Shown here in pieces: positions 11,761-23,897 of a stretch of DNA of 64,000 nucleotides. The notes beneath the pieces are model-generated. The model saw only the letters and a list, made by a program, of their open reading frames with translations. It was not told where the DNA came from and did not search any database. How positions within the stretch are numbered: the first letter of the stretch is position 1; the number at the start of each line of letters is the position of its first letter. A program made the position numbers and the translations under genes. Source of the stretch: Anthoceros angustus (taxonomy: Eukaryota > Plantae > Anthocerotophyta); contig VJWM01000151.1 in assembly GCA_010909165.1 (NCBI GenBank), positions 310,001-374,000 of the forward strand. Reading direction: 5' to 3'.

Positions 11761-11949
11761 CAACTATCCCTAGCTCCTGTCATCTTCAAAGACTGTACAG
11801 GACTATGGCTACTTGTCTCTAGTATTTGGCACACCACACAAAATGGGTTTGCACCTTGGTGGCTTCTGCCACATCTTCCTTCAGGCCCTTAAGTCTTCAC
11901 GTGGTGCTGCCTTGGGCTCATAGCCTTCCTGCACGAGCCACAGCACAAG

Positions 11950-12599
11950 GTACAGGTTATGTGGCTGCCTAGTGGATGAAGCATACAGAGATATCCAAGC
12001 GTAAGCAGCACACATGTGTTAGGTTTCCTTTCCTTACCGCGTACAGGCGTTTTCCACACAAAGGGCACAGCTGACTCCTGAAGGCACACACACTGCAGCC
12101 TCTGGACCCACGGCGCCTGGCTCTGTCCACTTCTATGTCGTCAAAGGCTTGGTCAGCAGCTGCAGCAGCTCTTTCCACAGATTCTTCAACAAGCAGAGCT
12201 TGCTGCCTGGCCATCTCTGCCCGCTTCACATCCAGCAGTTTCTCCATCTCGGCAAGCGTTGCAAACACGGCTTCCACCTGATCAGCTAGCAGAGGAGCAG
12301 TGGGAGGTCCTCCGAGAGCACGAGCTCTGCGACGAGGGACGCTCGCCACCTCATCCTCCTCATCAGTTGAGTTGGGCTCAGGATCCAAATTTGTGATGCT
12401 TGGCTTTGATGCCCGGAGAATTTCGAGGATTCAAGGTCACCATTGGAGCGCTGGGGTTTCGACGAGAGTGGTCACCAGGAGCCTGATGGTTGGGAGCTGG
12501 ACAGTGCGCTGGGTTTCCTCTCCGTCCGCGCGCGCCCGCGCCCGCCGGCCACCGACATCGGGCGCCGCTTGTTTTCGCCAGGCCGCGCTTAGGAGCCAT
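11950..12599 (-). other. Antisense ORF remnant (acidic/coiled-coil region plus CxxC-x6-CPxC) between copia pol and the putative LTR
   Basis: 'STDEEDEVAS...EMEKLLDVKRAEMARQQALLVEE...CSVCAFRSQLCPLCGKRLYA', followed by a GTAAGG...CTAG intron-like segment. A MAPKRG start at 12599 lies in another frame. Confidence 0.3.
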
Positions 12600-12816
12600 T
12601 GCCGCAGAGTCAGACAGAGCTCGAGCGAAGTCTTCATCTGCCGCGGTTTGCCATTGCTTTAGGGTGAAGCATGCGCAGCTTTAAGAAGACCGTAAATGGA
12701 GCTCCATGTGTCTCGCATTTAGGTTCGGTCGAGTAGCTCGAGCGTAATGTTACGCGATGATGCTCAGTACCTTCTGCCTATGGTCATTTATATAAGCCAT
12801 CAAGGTTTAGTGGGAG

Positions 12817-12939
12817 TGTTAGGAATATGAAACCTTAGCATAGCTTATATAGTTATCTAGTTTACTCAAGTTAAGTCATTAACCCAAGAGTCACCAGTTT
12901 TGTATTTAAAGAGACATCATTCACAATTTTATTAATTCA
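12817..12939 (+). mobile_element. Possible short 3' LTR of the copia element
   Basis: Purine tract AGTGGGAG directly followed by TGTTAGG, an AT-rich body, and a CA near 12939. No partner LTR in the window. Confidence 0.35.
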
Positions 12940-14369
12940 ATGCTTTTTGTCTAAGCACGCTTCCGCGTTTATCAACAAGGTGCGGCGTGTGCTGGCAAGA
13001 GGGGAGGAATCCTCCCGTTCTGGAGGAAACCCTGCTTTCAGGTGGCACCCGTTTTCATCCCCGAACGCCAGCGCTTGGTTTTCGAAGGGGGAGGTGGGGA
13101 TCCGAGTTCTTGTGCGCGAGCCTGGAGGGGGAGTGGACACCTTCTCCGAGAACCCGGCAGATGAGGAACCGCGAGATATCTCTCGTGACCTACAGATGGC
13201 TGGGGAGGAGCTGACGGCAGCCAAGAGGAACCTTCGCAGCTTCAGGCCCTACCTCGCAGTGAAGGCTGAAAATCGGGAGCTTTCCCAGGAGGAGAAGGAG
13301 GCCGAAGATGCAGTGTGGTCTGCGAGGCGGCGACAGAGGGAGCTGGCCCTTGTGATGGCAGCAGCAGAAACTGCTGCCAAAGCACTGGCAGGAAGGAGCT
13401 CGCGGAAGACCCAGCCGTGCTAACGTGCCACACAGGCATGCTGCAGTTTTTTCCTCCTCTGGATGCCTTTGTATGCTTGCGCAGCTTGGTCTTGTGCATG
13501 ATGAGTCAAGTGCATTGGTGGCGCATGCTGTGTTCGTGGACGGGAGGTGTACAACAGAGATTAGGATTTTCGGATAAGTTTTGGGTAGGCACATGAGACA
13601 TTTTAAAGCTTTCCTTTGTTCACATAGGAACTTTCTTAGTTATGTGGGATCGAGTTGAGGGTGAGCTCAAGGAGCCCATGGACTTATGTTCACGCCTCTT
13701 GGATTGTGTGTGAGGTTGCTTGGGATGTTTGGATCACCATGCATTCGACATTGTCCGTCTTCGCCCATTAGACGGGTTGCTTATCGCATGTATGCGTAGA
13801 CAGCGTGAACTGCCACCAAGTGGATAAGTAAGCCTTTCCGAAAGGCAAGAGGAGGGGCTGCCCGGACGTCCGGCTACCAAGAAGCTAATGAAACGGATGT
13901 TACTTCCTTGCTCCTTATGCTTATTCCATACGATTCGAGTGTGTACAAGTGGATATGTTGGTTTGAAATTACTAGGATATTTATACTCAAATTCGAGCCT
14001 GCCCTTGAACACGATTTTTAAATAAGATTGGCGGTGTTGCCCGAACCGATGTATAAAATAGCCTTCAGTCATTATTGTTGGTCAAGGGCGGGTTTGGAAC
14101 GAGGCATATATTGATTACTAACGGTACAAATGTGCCGATTAAAATAAATTGCCCGATGTGGCTGGATTTCAAAAAAAACAAATAAAAAGGCTTTTTTTTC
14201 AACCAGTTCAATCCCAAGGAGCTTCGAAAGGTGGTCCGCTGGCATGAGGAACCAAGAAAGGTGCTTTTCACAAAGGTGGGCCCATCGAAGAGTGTGTTTT
14301 TGGGTCTTGTTTGGGTGCAAACCCTTAAAAGAGGGTTCCGTTTTCATTTTAGAGGTCACAGTTGGCCTA

Positions 14370-15450
14370 AATGACCTCGGTCTCTAAAAAGTGGAGCCTG
14401 TCTCTACTTCTCAGGAGACCTTGTTGTCAGATCATGTACGTTCAAGGGGGACAGACAAGGGCGGACTCAGTGGCTTTAGGAAAGGAGCTTCTTCTAGAAT
14501 TTTACAACAAATGGAGCCGAACACAGTGGCAATTCGTGGACTACATGCAACATACTTGGGAAGGCCAACTAGGTGAGTGTGTTCGTTGTCATGTTCTTGA
14601 AGAGTCTGCAAGTTTGTGCAATTCAACTATTATTCTTATGCCCTTTTCGTCCTTCCAGATATGTTCTTGAAGGCCGCTCGCACAATGCCTCATGCAGGAC
14701 AAGACTGCGCTTCCTCCATTGAAGCGTGGCATAGATTCTTGAAGGAAAGGTTAGCTTACTCAAAAGTGGGGATTCATGGTCGCCGAGTTGATTGGTTGCT
14801 TCATCAATTATGTTTTGTGGTGGCTACTCACTTTTGGTACCAAAACCATTGTAAGGAGGGAGGGTATGTGGTCAATACCAAGGTGAACAATATTGCATAC
14901 GGCTGCAAATGATATCTCGAGAGGACATGGTGTCCCTCCCAACGGAGCCATACGGTGTGGCTAAGTGTATGTCCACATCGATCCTTGAAGGCAACTTATG
15001 TGATTGACAATCCGATGTCTATGTGGGCAACTTGCAACTGTCCACAAGGACAACAAGCATTTTTATGCAAGTATGTCGTGAAAGTCCAGCAGATGCTTGG
15101 AGTCTTTGCCCATACATTAGTCCTTGGTCGCAAGTTTGCAGCTACCAATGGCAAGGTGGGGGAGGAAGTGGACACAACATTGCCATTGAGTTGTCTTCAG
15201 TGTACAGAGGGTGGTGAAATGTCAACCTTGCTAGCTTCATTGGATGAGTACTGCACACCAAGTGTACCACCGAGGGTTCAATCTTGCAAGTCCCGCTTTC
15301 AAGAATTGAAGGAAAAGAAGATGGCAAGTGTGGAGGAAGGGTGCAAGGAGTTGTGGGATTGTGTGTACATGAATGATGGCATTGTATTCGAGGCTGACGT
15401 GCTTGTTCAGAAAACGTTACTAGCTGTCAAGGAGCTGATAGCATAGATGG
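14370..15450 (+). mobile_element. MULE/SWIM-type transposase remnant
   Basis: 'QFVDYMQHTWEG', 'AGQDCASSIEAWHRFLKE...GRRVDWLLHQL' and the SWIM finger 'WATCNCPQGQQAFLCKYVVKV', with stops and frameshifts. Confidence 0.75.
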
Positions 15451-15789
15451 AGGAAACTACTGGTCACAGTGAGCGCCCCCCACTACAAGCTTTCCAGCCA
15501 GTAGGAGGCCCAAGCAACAAGGCTAGGCTTAAACCCTTCTTCTCTCCTCCAAAAAAGAAGAAGAAGAAGGTAACTTGGAATGTAGGAGGAAGCAAGGAGA
15601 ATGCGTAGAGTACATTGGAAGACATCTTCAGGGCCTTAGTGTTTGTGTTAGACATAAACCTTGATATGGTCAATTTTTTGGACAAGTGAACCAGATCAAA
15701 CCTGTCACCACTGCACATCGATTGTAAAAAATACATTCTTCACAAAGCATATACAATTTAGGTTTTTATATTATACTTGTCTCTTTGTA

Positions 15790-18700
15790 GTTATCGCAAA
15801 AGCCTTGGTTTGGTGGTCGGGCTAGGCGTCTGCGTGTAGGACGTCCCGGTCTCAATCCAACTAACTTGCATTTTGTGTGTCGGACTGTTCAACACATGTT
15901 TAGCCATGTTCACCCGGCGGTAACCCTTGTTGGGTTTGGCGTCACCCGGGTTGCCCTTGTTGGGTCTGACGTGACCCGGGTTGCCGGTGGCATACACAGG
16001 TATATACATATTCATATGGCACATTGAGAGGTATGGACTACATGGTCATGCCCGCTCTGCACGAGGGAGTCAGCGGGCCCCGCACCTGGCCACCTGATTT
16101 TTACCTGGGGTCGTGTACGCGGGAAGGTCCGGAGTAGGCCACTCCGGACTAAACTCCGGAGTAGAACACGATAAGTCTGCCGGGAAAGGTTACTTTGGAA
16201 AAGGGATGGAGCGTAATAGGCAAGGGGGCCACGTGTATGGTGCTGAGAGGAGGACTGCATGCAGGCATCGAAGGGCATGGAAGGACATGAGGGGTTGTCG
16301 GCCGTGTGTGAACCACGACCCAAGGACATGCGCCAAGAAGGCGGCGCGTAAGGCTAGAGTACACGGCGTGACTCGAGCGAGTTCACGGTAGCAAAGGACG
16401 CCTTCCCGCCGCCCGCTATTCCCGACGCCCGACGCCGAGAAGGCCATTCTCTCGACCGACTTCTCAGCAGTTTTCGTGGTCACTCGCACTCAGGCATCTT
16501 GCTCTCTAGCGCTTCCTCTTCCGACGCCCAAGCGTATCACCGAGCGGCCATCGCCTTCGAACTGCACACTCCTCGCTTTGGAACTTGGCGGGAGTATCCT
16601 TGCCCACCATCCCTCAGCAGCGGATCAGCCGAAGCGCAAGCATGGGACCCAAGAAGGCGGCGGAGGTTTGGGAGCCCTGGCGCTTGGTAGAGAAGAACAT
16701 CGTCACAAGGCGCTATCCAGATTTCGGGCCCTAGCTGGCTGAGGCGGAGGAGCTGGTGCAGGAGTGGCACTTAGACATTTTTCGGGCGGTATGGACTTTT
16801 GATAGCGTGGCGTTGGTTCGGGAATATGCCCGGAAGATGTTGGCGGCAGCCACCAAATCCGTCCACTCTAAGAGCTTGCGAGAGGACCCGAGGAGGTGGA
16901 GGTCCTTAGGGCGGTCTATGATCGCCCAGCAAAGGAAGTAGGGGGCGTAGTGACGGAGCCCTTAAAGGTGAAGGGGAAGGTGGAGGCCATGAAGGTAGTG
17001 CTCCTGAGTCCGGAGACGCAGCGGTCCTCTAACGGGTGGCTCATGTCGGACCTACTAGACCAACGAGTGAGGGCAGTGGCGTAGATTATCGTCCACTGGA
17101 ACATGCTCACCAAGGTAGACCACTGTGGGATGTAAACTCGTGTCGTGGGACACGGTGAGGTCCACATTTACCCTCAATGTCGTTGTAGTCCTGGGATTCG
17201 CTCCCAAGGGAATGGTTTGTGCCAAAAGACGCTATCTTCTATCACTACCAACTTTTGCCTAAGCCTAGACTGGACCGCTACCACTTCTCGCACCTATCTA
17301 CTCCACTACGACTACCTCCTGTCTTATTTAACTACCACGGATCTAACTTCCCGACCGCAAATCTCGTTCCACGACCCCCGTTCCGGAGCCACTACCACGG
17401 TGACTCTCACCACTACCGGGTAGTTGCTACAACCACCGAGGTGGGTCCCACACCAAACCCTAGCAACTCATCTCAAGGCGCCATGCTACCGGGATCCTCC
17501 ACACGGGGCCACGCTCATGATCGTGTTATTCGCACTCCACACTTCATACAAGACTGATTCCTAGGGACCAAAGTTCCTAGGATACCTCACATCCGCTCCT
17601 AACACACACACACACACACACGTAAAAGGCGCCACACCCACACGATTTCCACCAGAAACGTTGTTTCCCTTGTGCACTTTCCACTGCAAGCACCGGTTCG
17701 AGTTTCACAAACCACACACACAACTCTTCACTGTTAACGTCCCAACTCGCTCTCCTTCTCTTTCCACTCGCGATCTCACACCTCGCAACGCGTACAGCAT
17801 TTGATCTCCCCTTCACCCGATCTCTTCTCTCCCTCTCTCTCTCTCTTCCTCAATTCGCCCGCAGGCTTCCAACCATCCACTCAAACACTCTCTGATTTCG
17901 GAACACAACTGTTAGGATCAAGGGTGAAGGAAGAAAGAATCCTTAAAGAGAGTGTATGAGTTACATGACAAGAAAGAACCACTAAGTCAGCAAGCCGCAT
18001 AACCATCTTATTGTCATAGAGATCCATTGACCGCAGCAAGCAGCCACGAGCAAGCTCCACCCGCCGCCAATCCCTTGGTTTCCTCCTCCGTTGTCGCAAA
18101 TTGCTCCATCACCTCCTTCCCTGCCATGGAGCAAGCTCGACCACCCCTAGGAGCTGCCTCGACACCACCTCACCAATCGGACGTCTCCAACCAGCCATAG
18201 GTAACGTGGGGATCTCAACCAGGAGTTATCTATTGTGGAGGGCAAAAGTTGCCCCTCTTATACATCGGCCGGGCCGTCCTGTTTCCCCCCAGATTTCCAG
18301 ATCCTAAAAAAAGCTAAGGGGACGCGCCCACAATTCTAAGCGATCTTAGGTCCAGTGGGGCATCCTACCCAAATTTCATTCCTAGGATGCTACCACCTAT
18401 TGCCTACGCTATCCGCGCGCCCTCCCCCGACTCGTCCGCCTGGCCCTTCGTCCTCCATCGCCGCCGCCACGAGCCCTCCTGCCACGCCGCTGATCTGACG
18501 GGTTTTCCCACAGGACTTCCACCTCACTGTCACTGCTGGACGTCCTAATTGAGGGCATACCCTGCCCCGGAGCTTCCGCCTCTTCCGCTTGCCGCCTATT
18601 GCTGAGGATTACCACCGGTTCCTCATCCACCCAAGCCTGGACCTCCTCTTCACTCAACTCCTCCAAGGTCGCCTCCGCATAATAGGGGGCCAATCCCCAC

Positions 18701-21612
18701 ACTCTGGCGCAGTGGTAGAAGTATGCACTGGGTCCTCACTTGCGAGGTAGGACCCGATCCTCCTATTTCCACACGCACATGGACAAGGAAGTTAAGCACG
18801 CTGCTCCCCATTCACATATAGACCAGCACGTAAGTTTCCTCATCCATGTGCCGAACATAATAGGACCTCCGCAGTGAGGTGCTTACCCTCCTCCCGTAGA
18901 CTACACCGTTGCTCGGTCCATGTCCTCGCCGCCGCCACGAGCCCTCCCGCCGCCCATTGCCGCTTCGCTACCACGGTAGTGGTCTCCACGACTGTTGGTC
19001 CAAAGAGCCCGGTAGGTGTTTCACCACCTTGGTCGGTCCTTCCTCAGAGTGCCTTCCACTACCCCGGCCGTAGTCCCGCCACCTCGCCTCTTCTTTTTCT
19101 CGTTCGCCACGTGCCTCATCCTTCCCCTGCTTATACTGCTCCGCCACCTTATGGACCTTCTCCACCGAGGCCGCCTCGCCTCCGGGCTCGCAACAACTCC
19201 CCGCATCTCCCGGTTTGACTCGTGGGCATCCTTGATTTGAGCCATGAGCGCCTCGCCGACTCCATGGCCTGCAGCCTTCTCCCGGCCCCGCACAAATCCT
19301 CCTGCTTGATTCTTATCTCCTCTAAGGCCCGCTTGTCTTCCTCCAGCTTGCTTATACCGGCTTCTCCTTCACAAACCCGGCCTTCACCACTTCCTCCCGC
19401 CCGCCTTGCACACCGAGCCATGTGAGAGCCAAGGCCGCTTGGTCCAACAAATCCGCTTGGGCGGATCATCGGCGTCGCCTCAGAATTCCACCGCGCGGCC
19501 CTGCACGCCATCCTCCGTCCGAGCACCTTCCTTCCCAACAAAGTGCGCACTCACCACCTGGCGGCCCACCTGCTGCTGGAGTCCCTTGAAAATCTCTTCC
19601 CATGCCGAGGAGGGGTCCGCCTCGAGGTCGCCCCTAATTCCTCCTGGCCGGCTCATCCGTGCATCCAAGTCAAGAAATTATCTTCCTGACCGCGCCTCTT
19701 CCTCCGCCACCTCCTGCTTGGCTTTCATTTTCTTTGCTTTCTCGTAGCGCACCCGCCGACTGGTGACGCTGGCCCACCTTCACTTTTTCACTGCCCCGCC
19801 ACTCCGGTCTTCCTCTTCTTGCCGGTAGAAATTTCCTTCTCTTCCTCGAATCGCCTGCCATGGACTCCCACCGTCCGATTCCTCCTCAATTTCCTCCTTA
19901 GGCTCCTCCGCTTCCACTTCACCTCCCGACGGCTTCCACATATGAAGGAGGCCACAATTTCTACCTCCGGCAATTAGCATGCGCATAAAGATGAACTAGG
20001 AATGGTGAAATTAGAGAGGCCGGGGTAGGAGAAATCGATTCAACCTTTCTTCACTCAACTTCTCAAAGAGGATTCGTCTCAATCGATTTTCGCCTTGACA
20101 ACTTCATGGAGGAACAACGAAGTGGTCGACAAATAATCCCGCTTTGTGTCAGAGGAAGCAGAAGCCATCCGCTGCACTCCATTAACCGTGGCTGCTGCAA
20201 TTCTCGCGCCACCAACCATTGGGTTCCCGGATTACGCCCGCCTCACTGTGGCGGCCGCCACTGTGCTCCTTTCCGAGAAGGTTCCATCACCAAACCCCCG
20301 CCTCCTCCTTCCCGCCCATACACTTCCCTAACCAATGCCAGTCCCAACTCGAGGTTTTGCTCTAATTCCCTCGCCGGTTGCTTGTCTTTAGGTGGCGAGC
20401 GACTCGCACTCCCGACCTGTAATTCCACCGCTTCTCCATGAACCCAGCCCGAGCTCCTTCACTGTGCCCCTCGGACTTTCCAATGGTCCATGTTTGGCCA
20501 TTGGGCAAGCGCAATCTCACCGTGGCTTTGGGCGCCATCCTTCCGCAGAGTCCCGCCTCGCCTCAAACGGTGACACTGCCAATCGCGGTGCCTGTGGTTC
20601 CTACCTCCTCAGAAGCTGCCGCCACCGCCTTCCTTCCACAGGGGTTGCGACTTCACCGGTGAGGGTTCGAGGCGGCCTCCACCACGATCGCGCCTCTCGC
20701 CTCCAACCGATCACGGTCCGCCTCGAATGCGAGCCTCGACGACTCACGCCGCCACAGGCCCACTCCTCACTGCCGCCACCTCCACAGCCCGCCGCTTGAA
20801 CGCCTCGTCACCCTACCGGTTTCCTTAGGGTTAAGTTTGGCTTCCCCTACCACTGGTTGTCTTCTACGACCGCTCGCCCACGCCCCAGTCCACAACCCCA
20901 TACTCATTCAGCTACCGCCCGGCTGGGTCGACCCCTAACTCAAGACTGACAAACCCCAAATAACCACCCCCCTACCTCGCATATATAGACCTTGTAGTGG
21001 ATATCTGAGGTCCATGGGCCAAGGAACACCGAGTTTCCGGACCATTTATTATCTAACCTAGGCAATAAAACAAAAAGAACTCCATAGGCCAAGGACATTT
21101 TTACTATGAATATCCTCAACTACCGTCAATCTGACTTATTTTCACACCACTCTTAGCAAAAAAACAAAAAAATTCACTTCAGGGCACATTTTAACAGAGA
21201 TTTCCGAGCCTAGATCGTTTACAACCACCTTGGTGACAATTTGCTGGTTTTCTTGCACGCCCTTCAGAGAGGCAAGAGGGCGGATTGGGGGCGGATCATC
21301 TTCGTCTGTATTGCTCAGTAGTCGAGGAAGTTGAGGAACGAGAGGCCACCCCCGTCGGCGTTGTCCCCGTTTATCGTCCATGTGTGGGGACACCTCAACC
21401 TCCTAAAGGAAGGGGAAGAGGAGTGAGCGCTCCGGAAGGGGCTGGCGACCCTGCCACAGGCGGAGCGGGAGGAAAGAGCACAGGAACCGGAGGGCCGTCG
21501 GCCCAAGGTAAGGCGTACTCAGGAGGACGAGGACTGGGAGAGAATTCCGGACTCCATATGCCTGGAGCGAACCCCCTCTCCACCAAGGGAAGTATGGGAG
21601 GATATTCCCGCT
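15790..21612. mobile_element. Nested copies of a GC-rich repeat family, probably LTR-retrotransposon (gag-like) derived; no RT or integrase recognised
   Basis: 16130-16560 is a diverged inverted homolog of 27850-28260. Minus-strand coiled-coil/acidic ORF fragments at 18400-19990 include a degenerate CCHC-like remnant at ~18710-18760. An LTR-like segment at ~17565-18393 has CA/CT microsatellites. Confidence 0.45.
17602..17621. repeat. (AC)10 microsatellite
   Basis: Read directly from the sequence. Confidence 0.95.
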
Positions 21613-23893
21613 AACACGATATCTTTCGAAGGGGGTGAATATCCGAACCCCCTTCTGTGACATGGAAACCCTCTTAGCACATTCCACACAGTCCCGAAAT
21701 ATGCTTTGCCTCGCTTTCAAGAAAGGTCGACTGCTTTCCAACGAGTAGTTATCATGAAAACCCGCTTCCAACACACAAAGACAACAATCCATGGAAGGCC
21801 GGGCCTTCGCTTTGTTTTTGAGGAAGAGGGAAAATGAGATCATCAATTGCCTCACTACAACGGGTCCAAAAGTTATTACGAACACGTAGAAGAAGCACAT
21901 CTAGGTGCCTATGTAACCAGAACCTACTCTCTATGACTAACTTGTGACTCATCGTGCTAGAGCGACTCAATCCATCACGATGACCAAATTTCAATCCGCC
22001 TCTCGCTCATCAAAGCTATCGCTCGCCCAAAGCCCTTGAGTCTGCCTCCTCCCGCTTTGGTCTTCACCGACGAGCATTCAAAGAAACCACTGCGCTTTCA
22101 AAGAGTCCTTCTCGTTGATACACACCTCCTTTGCCCAGATTGCGCAAGCCCGTGGGCCTCTAATGTCAATTCTTCACAAGATCCGCAAAACCTCATACCC
22201 ATGGATCCGCTAGGAATATATCCGCACACCTCAAGTCGCCTCAATAGAGGGCATGCTAGCGCCTTAAATGGCCGTGCCCATGCGCCCATAAAATCAACAA
22301 GAAGTTTTTCATGCCCCTACAGAACTCGAACCCATGACCTACTCATGCTCATAGTGTTTCCAAACAACAACAACAACAACTTTATTTTATGTCCACTAAG
22401 GATGGAGAACCATCATATAGAAGTACACGATTTAAAAAGCACACTGGCACGTGAGAAGCGGTCAAACCACTTGAGTAACTATCCTATGTTGAAACACCCT
22501 AGAAGCACTAATTATTTATTTTATCAATGGCAGCCCATGTACAAGGCTTGCAGGGGAAGGGCGCCGGCCGGCCGGCGCCCATGTACAAGGCTTGTTGGGG
22601 AAGGGCACCGGTCGGCCAACGTTCTCTTATTGAGCGTTCTCTTATTGAAACTCCTCTCATGCCATGGTTGAACACATTTTCAAAAACACCTATGGACCTA
22701 TTTTCATTCATTCATTCGTACTATACTATGTGCGCTCAAGAATATATGGGCATGTTCAGGTACCCGCCAAAACGTGAAGCATAGCATTACTTTGAGATCG
22801 TAGAAATAGACTGTGTAAGTAGAGGTTTTTGTTCACCAAACGGTCATCCTCTATTATGAGTTCAACTTGACTGCGGAAACATTTGTACGCTGTGGATAAG
22901 AAGGCAATCAAGAATAACTTAATTGAATTGCGAGGCTTTATTCAACCAGCGAGTCAAAGTGCCACCGAGGATAGTGAAGATGATGGTCATGATGTCGTGC
23001 CCAACGAAGATGATGGCGTGGAGTCCGCGAAGAGTAGGAAACCCTCCGAATGTTAGGTCATCTTCAACGGGCAATTGGTGAGGTTATGCGTGAAGCTCAA
23101 TTCGTAGTTTGAGTGCACATTTCCAAGCGCAGACATATTTCCTCGAAAAGAGTCTAGGCCCATGATAGGAATTTGGTTGTGGTTGTCTCTGTGCCGTAGA
23201 CTTCCCATGCTTAATAACTTCCAATGTTCAAGCCTTTTTCCATTACATGCGAAGGACATGTGGGAGTGTGGTAGTTGCGCTCGGCATTGCGGCATACTAA
23301 CAGTAACACACGATGAGCCATGCATGTTTTTCTGCGATATGTTGGCGGGAACCGGTTGCCACACTTTTCTTCATTCATCGATTGCATTGTGGATCAACCA
23401 TGTGATTATATTTATGGGCACAATTGAGGGTGTGCGAAGCCACCCACCCACCCCACACCCAAAGTCTTTTGTACACACATCCCGCTATGGGCTCACTCTC
23501 CGCCGCAAGGCATCATCGCAATGTGAAAAGGCGCCCGGCCGCCCTACTCCTCGACATGCTTTGCTCCCGCCATCGGGTTCGCCTCATCCAATTTTGATCA
23601 CCGTGTTTTTACGAATCTTTAGGGTTGTTGTGCGAGAAAGACCCGTGACCGCAAAGAATGGCCCTTGTCATGGGTCTTAAATGCACCCCAAATAGGGTTA
23701 CCTCTTGCACCATAACCCTTCACTGCATGAAATGGACCTTGTATCACCGGGTTCTGTGAATTTCCACCCTTCTTTTCTCGCCTTACATTCATTCATACCT
23801 CAAAACCACCAGTTCAAGACCCATGTCAAACCCCTTCAGAGATATATTGAAAACCCCTTCGTGAATATTCACCCCTTCGAAAGATATCGTGTT
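21613..23893. mobile_element. Non-autonomous, internally deleted member of the MTase-carrying TIR family; ~30-bp TIRs and 4-bp TSD CGCT
   Basis: Left end AACACGATATCTTTCGAAGGGGGTGAATAT; right end ATATTCACCCCTTCGAAAGATATCGTGTT; CGCT at 21609-21612 and 23894-23897. Contains the MTase 3' remnant (-, ~22030-22300) and the transposase 3' remnant (+, ~22870-23040, 'RKHLYAVDKKAIKNNLIEL'). The empty-site homolog lies at 26994-27026 (inverted). Confidence 0.9.
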
Positions 23894-23897
23894 CGCT

